Assembly (NCBI GenBank): GCA_964594835.1
Contig: CAZQNA010000002.1
Span: 160,001 to 224,000, forward strand
Direction: 5' to 3'
Origin: an uncultured Nitrososphaerota archaeon
GTDB lineage: Archaea; Korarchaeota; Korarchaeia; Korarchaeales; Korarchaeaceae
Length of the DNA: 64,000 nt
Of the stretch, positions 46,091 through 55,681 are shown piece after piece. A program made the translations under genes and the position numbers. The notes below the pieces were generated by a model. The model was not told the DNA's origin and ran no database searches. It was given only the letters and a program-made list of their open reading frames with translations. Every line of letters starts with the position of its first letter. The stretch's first letter is position 1.

Positions 46091-47494
46091 TCAGAGGTCG
46101 AAGTTCCCGGGGTTCATGATGTTGTTTGGGTCGAGTATCCTCTTGATCTCCCTCAGCAGGTCCAGGTAGTGCTCCGCCCCCCTGGCCCTCAGCTCCCTCC
46201 TCAGGGCCTCGGTCTTCTGGATCCCTATCCCGTGCTCTCCGCTCACGGCACCCCCGAGCTCTATGGCCACGTCGCATATCTCCTCCGCCAGCCGCCTGGC
46301 CCTCCGGACCTGGTCCTCGTCGTCCGGGTCGTAGCAGATGGTTGGGTGCACGTTCCCGTCCCCCGCGTGGCCGAACGTGGGCAGCGGGAGGCCGTACCTC
46401 CTCGCGAGCTCGTCGATCCTCCTGAGGGCCTCTGGGAACCTCGACAGCGGGACCGTGATGTCCTCAATCTCGACGGCCTTGTACAGCCTCGTCAACGAGG
46501 CGTAGGCCATCTTCCTGGCCAGGTAGAGGCGCTCCATCTCCTCCGGGTCGTCGCTCAGCGTGACCTCCCCTCCAGCGCGCCTCATGCACTCGGCCACGGC
46601 CTCGGCCAGCCTGGAGATGGCCTCCCCGGGCCCGTCCACGTCCGCAATGAGCATGGCCCCCTCCTGCGGGAGGTCGATCCCGGTGGCCCTGGAGACGGCC
46701 CTGAGCGTCTCCGCGTTCATGATCTCCAGGCCCAGCGGGAGGATCCCGCTCGCCCTGATGTCAGCCGCCGCCTTGCCTGCCGACTCCATGTCCGGAAAGA
46801 CTCCGACGACCCTGACGACCCTCTCGGGGGCCGGGATGACCTTGAACCAGGCCCTCGTTATCACCCCCAGCCAGCCCTCCGACCCCACGAAGAGGCCGGT
46901 CAGGTCGGGGCCCCACCTCCACTTCAGGGTGGGCTCACCGACCCTGAGCACCCTGCCGCCCGGCAGGACGACCTCCAGGGCCAGGAGCCAGTTCTTCATC
47001 ACGCCGTACTTCGCCCCCCTTATCCCCCCGGCGTTCTCAGCGAGCGCACCGCCGACCGTGGCCACCTTGGAGCTTGCCGGGTCCGGGGGGAACATCAGGC
47101 CGTGCCTCCTGCACTCCTCGTCGACCTTCTGCACCGTGGCCCCCGCCTCGGCCATCACCACCATGTCCTCCGGGTAGACCTCCACCCGGCTCATGGGGAG
47201 GAGGTCTATCATGATCCCTCCCCTCTTGGCGACCACGGCCCCCGTGAGGCAGCTGGCGGAGCCCCTGGGCACGACCGGCACCGCGTACCTGTCGGCCACC
47301 TCGAGCACGGCCGCCACGTCCTCGGTGGAGCTCACCCTGACGACGGCCCACGGAACCCCCTCGAACCTCTTGCTGGCGTCTATGGAGTAGGGGATCAGGT
47401 CCTCGGGGTCGGTGAGGACCTTCTCCCTCCCCACCCTCCGGGAAATCTCTTCCAGCGCCGCCCGGAAGGACTCGCCCCCCTGCTCTACCGACAT
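46091..47494 (-). CDS. FAD-linked oxidase, GlcD/D-lactate dehydrogenase family
   Basis: PRG, PPDPAS..ATVGG, GSEG.LGVIT, GHAGDGNVH, GEHGIG, DPNNIMNPG. Confidence 0.92.
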   Translation of the reverse strand: MSVEQGGESFRAALEEISRRVGREKVLTDPEDLIPYSIDASKRFEGVPWAVVRVSSTEDVAAVLEVADRYAVPVVPRGSASCLTGAVVAKRGGIMIDLLPMSRVEVYPEDMVVMAEAGATVQKVDEECRRHGLMFPPDPASSKVATVGGALAENAGGIRGAKYGVMKNWLLALEVVLPGGRVLRVGEPTLKWRWGPDLTGLFVGSEGWLGVITRAWFKVIPAPERVVRVVGVFPDMESAGKAAADIRASGILPLGLEIMNAETLRAVSRATGIDLPQEGAMLIADVDGPGEAISRLAEAVAECMRRAGGEVTLSDDPEEMERLYLARKMAYASLTRLYKAVEIEDITVPLSRFPEALRRIDELARRYGLPLPTFGHAGDGNVHPTICYDPDDEDQVRRARRLAEEICDVAIELGGAVSGEHGIGIQKTEALRRELRARGAEHYLDLLREIKRILDPNNIMNPGNFDL

Positions 47495-47501
47495 TCCAGT
47501 C

Positions 47502-48896
47502 TCACCTCCCGCCCGAGTTCCCCGACGGGACCGATATCCGATCCCGGCTCACGAGGCCCATCTTGATGGCCAGGGCCCTACCGTAGATTATCATGTCGGG
47601 GACGGGCAGGCCAGCCGGGCAGGCCAGCTCGCAGGCCCCGCACAGGACGCACGTGTAGAGCCTGTCGAGGACCTCTCCGGGTCTCAGGTCGCGCCCCTCG
47701 ACCATCGCCCGGATCAGCGTAACCCTCCCCCTGGCGCTCCTGCTCTCCAGGCCGTCCAGCACCTGGGCAGTGGAGCAGGTCGGGTTGCAGAACCCGCACC
47801 TCACGCACCTGCTCGCCAGCTCCGCCAGCGTCTGGGTCAGGCCCTCCACGGAGAGCCCCTTGGGCCTGGTCAGCCTCAGGGGTTTCCTCGCCCCCCTCCA
47901 GGTCACCTCCCTGGGCTCCCCCGCTCTCGCGGACCTGAGGGCGTCGTGGACGAGGTCCACCAGGTCCCCGAAGAGCATGTTCACGCCCGCGGAGCGGAGG
48001 GTCAGGAGGCACGCGGGGCAGGAGGTCAGGGCCAGCTCCGCCCCCGTGTCCCGCAGCTCCTCCCCCCTGGCCCGGGCCAGCCTCCTGGCGATCTCCGGCT
48101 GGACCAGCTCGAGCCCCCCGTCCCCCGAGCACCCCGTGTTGACGCCCCGCCTCCTGGGCTCCACCAGCTCCAGGCCGGGGATCTCTGTCAGGAGGAATCT
48201 CGGCTGGTCGACTATCCCCATGATCCTGCTCTGAACGCACGGGTCGTGGTACGTGACCTGCATGACCCACCTGGAGACCGGGCCCAGGCGGATCCCCTCG
48301 GAGGCGACCCTGTCGGCCACGGCCTCGACCCAGGTGAGGGCCTCCACGTCCCACCCGTCCACGAACTCGGGGTAGTGCTTGCGGAAGAAGAGGGCGGCCA
48401 CCGGGTCCGGGGTCACGACCGTCCTCACCCCGGCCTCCCGGAACCTCCTCCAGACCTCCCTGGCGTGCTCCGCAAACTCGTCCAGCAGGCCGTAGGTGTG
48501 CAGGACGGCTCCGAAAGACGGCTCCCGCTCCCTCATCAGGGCCGGCCTGATCCCCAGCCTGGTGAGGGACTCGACCGCCCTCCTGAGGGTCCCCTGGTAC
48601 CTGGAGTTCGCCCGCCTCCCCAGTAGCCTGAGCGCGACCGGGAGGACGCCGAGCCTCATCAGCGCCCCCCCGAGGGAGGCCAGCCTCCTGGTGCTCAGGG
48701 GGGACCTCGTGAGCCTGAGCAGTATCTCGGCGTACCCCATGATCGGGTAGAAGTCGCCGGCGTAGAACAGGAGGTCCCCCCTGGAGGGGAGGTCCAGCCC
48801 CCTGGTCCATGCCGAGCGGGTCCCGGGGCCCAGGCCGAGCGGGTCCCCGCCCCTGGCGAGGCCCCCCCTCGTGAGTTCCACCTCGGGAGGTATCAT
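47502..48896 (-). CDS. Fe-S oxidoreductase (GlcF-like CCG domains) with C-terminal 2x[4Fe-4S]
   Basis: TYHDPC, CSG.GG, SCPAC; CVRCGFCNPTC and CVLCGACELACP at the C-terminus. Confidence 0.85.
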   Translation of the reverse strand: MIPPEVELTRGGLARGGDPLGLGPGTRSAWTRGLDLPSRGDLLFYAGDFYPIMGYAEILLRLTRSPLSTRRLASLGGALMRLGVLPVALRLLGRRANSRYQGTLRRAVESLTRLGIRPALMREREPSFGAVLHTYGLLDEFAEHAREVWRRFREAGVRTVVTPDPVAALFFRKHYPEFVDGWDVEALTWVEAVADRVASEGIRLGPVSRWVMQVTYHDPCVQSRIMGIVDQPRFLLTEIPGLELVEPRRRGVNTGCSGDGGLELVQPEIARRLARARGEELRDTGAELALTSCPACLLTLRSAGVNMLFGDLVDLVHDALRSARAGEPREVTWRGARKPLRLTRPKGLSVEGLTQTLAELASRCVRCGFCNPTCSTAQVLDGLESRSARGRVTLIRAMVEGRDLRPGEVLDRLYTCVLCGACELACPAGLPVPDMIIYGRALAIKMGLVSRDRISVPSGNSGGR

Positions 48897-48959
48897 CGCG
48901 GCCGGCGGCCTGATGAAGGCTAAAAACCCACCGAGGGGTCCACTCGGCGGAGGGATCCC

Positions 48960-50801
48960 TCAGACGGCCCACGCGCTGTGCTTGAACACTATCACCCTCA
49001 GCACGTCGGCCGCGTCCTCGGCCACGTCGGCCGCGTACTCGAGGAACTGAACTAGCTCCCTCAGGTTCAGGAGGGTGAGGACGTCGACCCGCCCGGCCGC
49101 CTCCTCCAGCTCGTGGAGGGCCCTCTGGTGGAGGGAGTCCAGCTCGCTCTCCACGTCCCCCACCTCGTCTATGAGGGGCAGCGCCCCCTCTATCTCCACC
49201 CCCAGCAGCTCCAGGGCCCTCGCCAGGACCTCGACCTCCCTCTCAAGCCCGGCGGCGAACTGGAGCAGAGTCGCGCGAAGCTCATCCGGCACCTCGCCCG
49301 GCTCGACCAGGAGGAGCCTCCTGGAGGACCCCAGCGCGTAGGCCGCCACCTTCTCCATCCTGTTGGTGAGCCTGGCGAAGTCCGCCTTGTCCTGGCCGCT
49401 CAGGGCGCTCAGCCAGAGGGTCCTGTCAATGGCCACCCGGAGCGCGTCCGCCTCGTCCTCCAGCCCCTTGATCTCCGAGGCCAGCCTCCTGACGCCGTCG
49501 ACGTCACCCCTGGCGTGGGCCTCAAGGGACTCCCTGAGCAGCCGGACCATCTCCAGGACCTTCCTGGAGTGCCTCACGGTCTCCGGATAGGCGGGCCAGA
49601 ACGGCCGGGTCTCCTTGATCCCCACGGCGAACGCGAGGATCCCCACGCCCAGGAGGGCAGCCGTGAGCGCGAACGCGTATTCGAGCCCCAGGGAGCTCAC
49701 GAGCCCCAGGGCCAGGGCCCCGGTGAGGTATCCGTAGTCCCTGATCGCCCTGTAGAGCCCGAGCGCCCTCCCCCTCACCGCCGAGGGCACCACGTCCGTG
49801 GATATCGCGGGCATTATGGGGTAGTAGAGCCCCACCCCAAGGCCTATCACGGCGGCCGAGGCCACGGACTCCGCGGGTCCCCCTCCGAGGTAGACCCCTA
49901 CGATCCCCAGGGCCTTTAGGGCCAGGCCAACCGCCGACGGGAGCCTCCTGCCCAGCCTGTCGGAGATCCTCCCGGTGAGCGGCATGGAGGCCGCCCATGC
50001 CAGGGTCGCGGCCCCCTGGACCCAGCCCACCTCGTGCTCGGGGAATCCCCTGCCGACGAGGTACAGGGGGAAGGCCCCCCAGATCAGGGTGTCCGAGAAG
50101 TTTGCCAGGTGGCCGAGGAAGTAGACCACCCTGAGCGTCCAGCTCCTCAGGCACCTCCTGTACACCTCCCTCGAGGGCATGTCCCTCCCCATCACCCTCC
50201 GGGGGACCTCCCTCGCCAGGCCCCTGGTCTCCCTGGCCGCAGCTGCGGCGACCGAGAAGGCCAGGGCCGCAGAGGCCACCGAGACGACGAAAGCCTCCCT
50301 GTATCCCCTCATCCCGGCGACGTATCCCGCCAGCACCGACCCGACCCCGTACCCCCCGTAGACGGCGGACTCCATCAGCCCGAATCCGAACGCCTGCCTC
50401 GTCCCGCCCACGTCGGAGAGGGCTATCATGGCGGCCGAGAGGGTGAGCCCCTCCCCGGCCCCCACCAGCAGGTTGCCGGCCACGAGGGCCTCCAGGGTCC
50501 CGCCGAAGTAGATGGCGGAGGCGCCGGCGAGGTATATCGCGGAGCCCACGACGAGGCCGAGCCTCCTCCCGAACCTGTCGGAGAACCAGCCGCCGACCAG
50601 GTCGACGGTCCCCTTCAGGAGGCCGAAGCTCAGGATCGGCATGTAGGCCAGGAGGTAGGAGGCGGCCCCGGTCAGACTGGCTGTGTAGAGGGAGAGGACC
50701 GATCTCTGCACGCCTGTGGCCGCGCCTATCGGCATGGCGGTCAGCAGGATTGCGGCTACGAGCCTCCTTCGCCCCAGTTCCGCCCCCACCGCCGATCCCA
50801 C
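48960..50801 (-). CDS. MFS transporter fused to a C-terminal DUF47/PhoU-like domain
   Basis: GWFSDRFGRR and GRISDRLGRR motif A twice; then IKGLEDEAD..R, E.ELD.L, LEYAADVAEDAAD. Confidence 0.85.
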   Translation of the reverse strand: MGSAVGAELGRRRLVAAILLTAMPIGAATGVQRSVLSLYTASLTGAASYLLAYMPILSFGLLKGTVDLVGGWFSDRFGRRLGLVVGSAIYLAGASAIYFGGTLEALVAGNLLVGAGEGLTLSAAMIALSDVGGTRQAFGFGLMESAVYGGYGVGSVLAGYVAGMRGYREAFVVSVASAALAFSVAAAAARETRGLAREVPRRVMGRDMPSREVYRRCLRSWTLRVVYFLGHLANFSDTLIWGAFPLYLVGRGFPEHEVGWVQGAATLAWAASMPLTGRISDRLGRRLPSAVGLALKALGIVGVYLGGGPAESVASAAVIGLGVGLYYPIMPAISTDVVPSAVRGRALGLYRAIRDYGYLTGALALGLVSSLGLEYAFALTAALLGVGILAFAVGIKETRPFWPAYPETVRHSRKVLEMVRLLRESLEAHARGDVDGVRRLASEIKGLEDEADALRVAIDRTLWLSALSGQDKADFARLTNRMEKVAAYALGSSRRLLLVEPGEVPDELRATLLQFAAGLEREVEVLARALELLGVEIEGALPLIDEVGDVESELDSLHQRALHELEEAAGRVDVLTLLNLRELVQFLEYAADVAEDAADVLRVIVFKHSAWAV

Positions 50802-50847
50802 TCGCCGCCGGCCCGCGCCGTTATAATCATAACTTTCCATACTTTAC

Positions 50848-51633
50848 TTACTCGCCCGGCGAGCGGAGGGCCGAGAGGATGGCCTCGGAGGCGGCCTCCG
50901 AGGAGGAGAGGATCCTGTTGAGTCCCTCGTCGGGGCGCGCGCCCCTCCTCCCGCTGGACTCGACCACGACCGGCGGCAGGCCGGTCGGGACGACGACCCA
51001 CACCCTCTGGAAGATCGGCTCGACGGCCTCCAGCTCAAGGCTGCGGGCCTCCTCGCCCCAGGAGAGTCCAAAGAGGAGGTTGAAGGCCTCCCTCCTTCCC
51101 TTGAGCCCGGCCAGGTACCCCTTGAGCTCCCTGTCGGCCCTCGCCAGGGAAGGCGACCCGGGGAGGATGAGGCTCCTCTTCGCCTCCCTGCTGGCAGCCC
51201 TCAGCTTATCGGAGAGGTCGCCTATCTCGTCGTTCAGTTCCGAGACCCACCAGGAGATCTTCTCGCCGAGCCTCCTCAGGTCGCCACCGGAGGGCCGGAC
51301 GACTGGGGCCTCCCGCACCTCTGCGGGGGTTCGCCTCATCCCGAGGAGTCTCGGCTTGAACAGGGAGAGGGCCTGTCCCAGGTCATCCGGGTATGGGTGG
51401 AGCGCGGCGTTTACGGCCGTCAGGCCCGACCTCTCCGCGCCTCCCCTCGAGGCCACCCTGTACCGGGCCACGAGGTAGGGCATCAGGACCCTGCGCGCGG
51501 AGAGGACGCGCCCCCTCGGCACTCCCGCCGCCCGGAGCGCGGCGCGCTCGTCTGCCCACCTGTCCACGGCCTCTCTGGACCAGTCACCGGCGCCCGACTC
51601 ACCTGCCTCCCGCGCCGGCACGGGTTCCCCCAC
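50848..51633 (-). CDS. Hypothetical protein
   Basis: Long ORF overlapping the upstream deacetylase gene; codon usage like host genes. Confidence 0.55.
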   Translation of the reverse strand: MGEPVPAREAGESGAGDWSREAVDRWADERAALRAAGVPRGRVLSARRVLMPYLVARYRVASRGGAERSGLTAVNAALHPYPDDLGQALSLFKPRLLGMRRTPAEVREAPVVRPSGGDLRRLGEKISWWVSELNDEIGDLSDKLRAASREAKRSLILPGSPSLARADRELKGYLAGLKGRREAFNLLFGLSWGEEARSLELEAVEPIFQRVWVVVPTGLPPVVVESSGRRGARPDEGLNRILSSSEAASEAILSALRSPGE

Positions 51634-52528
51634 CTCCGACCCTTTCCCTTCTCCCGGAGGATCTCCTCCTCAGCTCGTCCGCGGCGAGGGCGGCGCCGAC
51701 GACGGCCGCCACGGCTGTGGCCGCTGTGGGAACAGAGTCGAGAGACGGTCCCTCAGAGCCCGAAGCGGGCAGGAGATCCGAGAGTAGGACGACCCTGTAG
51801 CCCCCCTCCCGGAGCAGACGCATGTGGGCCCTGAACTCCCGCGCGCCCGTTGTGGCCTCGCCGCGCGGGTCCTCCCTGACGTGGTGATAGACGAGCACCA
51901 CAAGCTGGTCTGGGCCGGCCGAGTCCAGTATGTACCTGACGTCCTCGGCGCTCTCGTTCGTGATGGACCACCCGCATATCCGGAACCTGCCCTCCCCCTC
52001 CAGATCGCTGACGTTCGTGTAGACGGGGTCGAGTGTCCTCGCACCGCGGTACCCCGCCTCCTCGACGTACTCCGCCACCGTGTCGTTCCACTCACCGTAG
52101 GGGTAGACGAAGATCACGGGGGGAAGGCCCATCGTCCTGAGCCTCGCCATGGAGTCCTCCAGCTCCCTTCGGAGCGAGCGGGGACTCGCCTCCGTGAGGT
52201 TGGGGTGGGTGATAGAGTGGGAGGCGATCTCCATCCCCAGCCCCTCCAACTCCCTGAGCTCCGAGAGGCTCATCCTGGCCGCGGGGGTTCCCCTGTCCCA
52301 GCCTATCGTCTCCACCTGTATCGCGAACGTGGCGGGGATTCCGTACTCCACCAGGACGGGGAGGGCGTTCCGATACTGGTCGAGCCACCCGTCGTCGAAC
52401 ATCACGGCCACCAGGGGCCCGCTGGACGCCCCGCCAGGCGATCCCACCTCCGCCACCGCCGTCGCCGGAGCCAGGATGACAGCGGCCCCGAGCCACGCCA
52501 TGACGACGGCCTTTCCTAATCCGAGCAC
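51599..52528 (-). CDS. Membrane-anchored polysaccharide deacetylase (NodB/CE4)
   Basis: FDDG, GMEIASHSITHP.L, FVYPYG, LVYH; signal peptide and C-terminal TM. Confidence 0.88.
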   Translation of the reverse strand: MLGLGKAVVMAWLGAAVILAPATAVAEVGSPGGASSGPLVAVMFDDGWLDQYRNALPVLVEYGIPATFAIQVETIGWDRGTPAARMSLSELRELEGLGMEIASHSITHPNLTEASPRSLRRELEDSMARLRTMGLPPVIFVYPYGEWNDTVAEYVEEAGYRGARTLDPVYTNVSDLEGEGRFRICGWSITNESAEDVRYILDSAGPDQLVVLVYHHVREDPRGEATTGAREFRAHMRLLREGGYRVVLLSDLLPASGSEGPSLDSVPTAATAVAAVVGAALAADELRRRSSGRRERVGGGGTRAGAGGR

Positions 52529-52623
52529 CTCTAGTCACCTGTCGCCCTCGGGTTAATAAAGCGCCGGTCAGCCGGCGCTCAAGGTTTTCTGTCGGACGCC
52601 CCCATGGGTCAAGCGATGCCCCG

Positions 52624-53124
52624 ATGGAGGACACGATGCGTATTGGGCGCGCCGCGTTGGCGGCCCTGGCCCTCGCGACGCTGGCGGCGACCTCTCACGC
52701 CCTCGCCTCGGCGGAGCCCGTGGCGTCCTGCGGCGGTGTGGTGATCGAGCTCTCCTCCCTCCAGCTCGTGAGGCCGGGAGACGAGGCGCTGGTCGTGCTC
52801 ACGAACTACGGTTCGGAGGTCGTGAACGTCTCCGTGACAGTGTCCGGGGACCTTCAGCCCACGAGCTTCGAGGCGACCCTGATACCAGGTCAGCAGGTTG
52901 CCCGGGGCGTCCCCATAGAGCCCACCAAGGAGGCCGGGACGATCGAGATAGTCGCCACCCTCGTCACCCCGGACGGTGAGTGCGGCGTCAACCTCTCCGT
53001 TAAGGTGGCGAGGGGGATGTCCCTGATCAGGGCCGCGGCCTACGCGGCCGCCGTCCTGATACTCGCCCTGGCGGCCTACCTGGCGCTCTTCGCCCACAGG
53101 GGGCCAGTTCCCGGGGAGCCGTGA
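52624..53124 (+). CDS. Secreted/anchored small Ig-like protein
   Basis: Signal peptide, beta-rich core, C-terminal TM. Confidence 0.6.
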   Translation: MEDTMRIGRAALAALALATLAATSHALASAEPVASCGGVVIELSSLQLVRPGDEALVVLTNYGSEVVNVSVTVSGDLQPTSFEATLIPGQQVARGVPIEPTKEAGTIEIVATLVTPDGECGVNLSVKVARGMSLIRAAAYAAAVLILALAAYLALFAHRGPVPGEP

Positions 53125-53163
53125 GGCAGGGACGATTCTGAGAGTCCGGCCGATCTGGCTCCG

Positions 53164-54411
53164 CTAGACTCCCCCGGCTGCCGAGACCAGGGCGGCCCAC
53201 GCCGCCCCCTCGTCCCCCGTCTTCAGGGCCCGTGTGGCCAGGTTCACGAGCCTGGCCACCTCCCACGCCTCGATCGCCGGTTTTAGGTCCTCCCAGGAAT
53301 CGACCCTCCAGGGAGCCGGCGCCTCTGGCCTGCCCTCCAGGTACCCGCGGGCCATCTCGGCCACGGCGGAGTCCACGGCCTCCCCCAGCTCGCGGAGCCC
53401 TCCCCTGAGGGCGGCCCTGGCGGCCTCAACCAAACCCCCGAGCTCGCGAGACGCCTCCAAGAACGCGGCGACCCTCAGGTCGGCCGAGGCTGCGCCAAGG
53501 TCGCTCAGGGGATGGCCGTCTGGCCCGCACGGGGAGGAGGGCCACTCTCCGCCCTGGAGGCTCATCGGAGAGGGCCCGTCCAAGGTCTGAGCCGTCAGGG
53601 TGGGGATGAATGACCCCACCGCCCCGCCGGGGGAGCCAGCCATGGTCACGACTACCCTGGCGGCGTTCTTCACGTGGCCCGCCGCGAGCCCGGCTAGCCT
53701 CCCCAGCAGGGGTTCCCGGGCCCCCGCGGCCAGGGCGGCCAGCTCTCCGTACCCCCTCATGATGGATTGGGCCAGCTCGGTGGCCCCCCTTTCCCCGATG
53801 ATCCCGCCCCCCGCCTCGGGTCCGTAGGCGGCAGTCTGCAGCTCCGCAAGCCTCCTGCCGATGCCCAGCGCCAGCCCGGCCGGCCTGCCCGAGTGGAGGG
53901 GCGAGATCCCGGCGAGGGCCAGCGCCAGCTCCCGGCCAAGGTACTCCACCCTCGAGAGCGCGTAGACGGCGAAGGCCGGCGCCGACCCTCTCCAGGCCAG
54001 CGAGACTGGCTTGGGAAGCCAGTCCAGCCGATCCGCCTCGCGAACGAGCTTGAGTTCCCTCATCGCCCAGTCGACTCGGCGGAAGCCTCTGATGACCACC
54101 GAGCCGGCCGGGTGAGCGAGCAGGTGGACGGGCCCAAAGGGATCCACTAGCTTCTCCTCGAAGAACAGGTGCGTGGGGGGCTCACTCAGGGCCTCAAACC
54201 TGTATCCCCGGAGAGATCCCTCTATTATCCCAGAAGCGAAGCTGGCCGCGAGCTCGGCCTCCTCCCCCTGACACGAGAGGGCCAAGTGGTAAACCTTCCC
54301 CTCCAGCCCGACAAGGACCCCCACGAACCCGTCGGCCGGGACCCACGAGTCCAGCGTTCGAGCGGAGGCCAGCTCTTCAGGCGGCGGGGACCAGGGTCTG
54401 CCCGCCATCAT
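53164..54411 (-). CDS. Maltokinase/aminoglycoside-phosphotransferase-like protein, catalytic motifs degenerate
   Basis: IG..LAELQ.A, P.SDLGA, YL and WE..R..-like segments; no HGD or DFE. Confidence 0.45.
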   Translation of the reverse strand: MMAGRPWSPPPEELASARTLDSWVPADGFVGVLVGLEGKVYHLALSCQGEEAELAASFASGIIEGSLRGYRFEALSEPPTHLFFEEKLVDPFGPVHLLAHPAGSVVIRGFRRVDWAMRELKLVREADRLDWLPKPVSLAWRGSAPAFAVYALSRVEYLGRELALALAGISPLHSGRPAGLALGIGRRLAELQTAAYGPEAGGGIIGERGATELAQSIMRGYGELAALAAGAREPLLGRLAGLAAGHVKNAARVVVTMAGSPGGAVGSFIPTLTAQTLDGPSPMSLQGGEWPSSPCGPDGHPLSDLGAASADLRVAAFLEASRELGGLVEAARAALRGGLRELGEAVDSAVAEMARGYLEGRPEAPAPWRVDSWEDLKPAIEAWEVARLVNLATRALKTGDEGAAWAALVSAAGGV

Positions 54412-54856
54412 GGCTATCGGTTCGCAGCTCACCCGCGACCCCCTCCGAGGGGGCTCATAACGTTGTCCCCGCCGACCCTCTCCCGAGACGCTCCAAACGT
54501 TTATGCCCTTCTGGGGAGAGGCTCGCTGGTCTCCCACGCTACGATGCTCGCGACCAACGCCCTCCTGGGGCAGGAGGGGCTGGAACTCCCCCTGGTGGCT
54601 CTATTTACCACTGGCTACATTCTAAGAAGCAGGAAGAGTAAGGCTGAACGTAACGCTCATAGAAAAATGGGGAGGCACTCTACCAAGTTGAAACCACAGT
54701 TAGGTTGGTCGCTGGGACTCCCATAAATAGCTGCGGTTCTCTATAGGGGCTGAGGGGCTGCTACCCTGTTTAGTGATCTGCTGTGTGTATATCCTAATGT
54801 TAAAGAGAGGTTGGAGAACCTTGCGACGAACTCCAAGAGTCTAAAAGTGATTGTTA

Positions 54857-55681
54857 TTAGTACGCGCGATTGAATGTCGGCTGGCCGAGCTTCGCCATTA
54901 GCTTAGCCTCGCTGCTGGCTTCCACAAAATTCTCAATCAGCTTGTCAAACTCTTTGGAGAGAACTTCATGCGTAGGACCTTGCTTTACGAGCCTTCCGGC
55001 GAGAAGCAGAGCGGCGTAGTCAGCCACCCTCCGCGCCTGTGACTGATCGTGTGTAACTATCACTACGGTCATGCCACGCTTGAGTTCTACTATGAGATCC
55101 TCGATCTTCTTGGCGCTGACGGGATCCAAGTTGGAGGTCGGCTCGTCCATGAGGAGAATCTTGGGCCTCATAGCCAAGGCCCTAGCTATGCAGAGCCTCT
55201 GCTGCTGTCCCCCGCTAAGGCTGGGGGCCGGGGCCTTTAGTCTGTCTCTGACCTCGTTCCACAGTGCGGCCTTCCTCAGGGCCCACTCTACGAGTTCATC
55301 TAACTCTCGCCTTGATTTAACTAGCCCGTTGAGCCTAGGACCGATGGCTACGTTGTCATAGATTGAGAGGTGAGGGAAGGGGTTTGGTACCTGAAACACC
55401 ATGCCGATCATTCGGCTAATTGGGGACATGCTGACGTTTGGAGCATAGATGTTCCTTCCGAAGAGCTTGACAGTGCCCTTTACTCTGGCCTCCGGGTTCA
55501 ACGTTATCAACTTGTTGAACGTGCGGAGTAGCGTGGATTTACCGCTGCCAGAGGGGCCCATAATGGCGAAGACTGCATTATGAGGTATGCGCAGATCCAC
55601 ATTATCTATGGCTTTCAGGGAGCCGTAAAACACCGTTAGACCGTTCGTCTCGATCGAATATCTTGTTTCGGTCACCTTCAT
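54857..55681 (-). CDS. pstB: Phosphate ABC transporter ATP-binding protein
   Basis: GPSGSGKST, FQVPNPFP, LSGGQQQRLCIARALA, MDEPTS.LDP. Confidence 0.95.
   Translation of the reverse strand: MKVTETRYSIETNGLTVFYGSLKAIDNVDLRIPHNAVFAIMGPSGSGKSTLLRTFNKLITLNPEARVKGTVKLFGRNIYAPNVSMSPISRMIGMVFQVPNPFPHLSIYDNVAIGPRLNGLVKSRRELDELVEWALRKAALWNEVRDRLKAPAPSLSGGQQQRLCIARALAMRPKILLMDEPTSNLDPVSAKKIEDLIVELKRGMTVVIVTHDQSQARRVADYAALLLAGRLVKQGPTHEVLSKEFDKLIENFVEASSEAKLMAKLGQPTFNRAY

Noticed and set aside
48905-48955. CTGATGA as a hammerhead core or C box
   Set aside because: No stem II/GAAA and no matching D box; the region looks like the promoter of the minus-strand gene.
54540-54726. Short ORF tail with a hydrophobic stretch at the island's left border
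   Set aside because: Too short and featureless to call; possibly debris.
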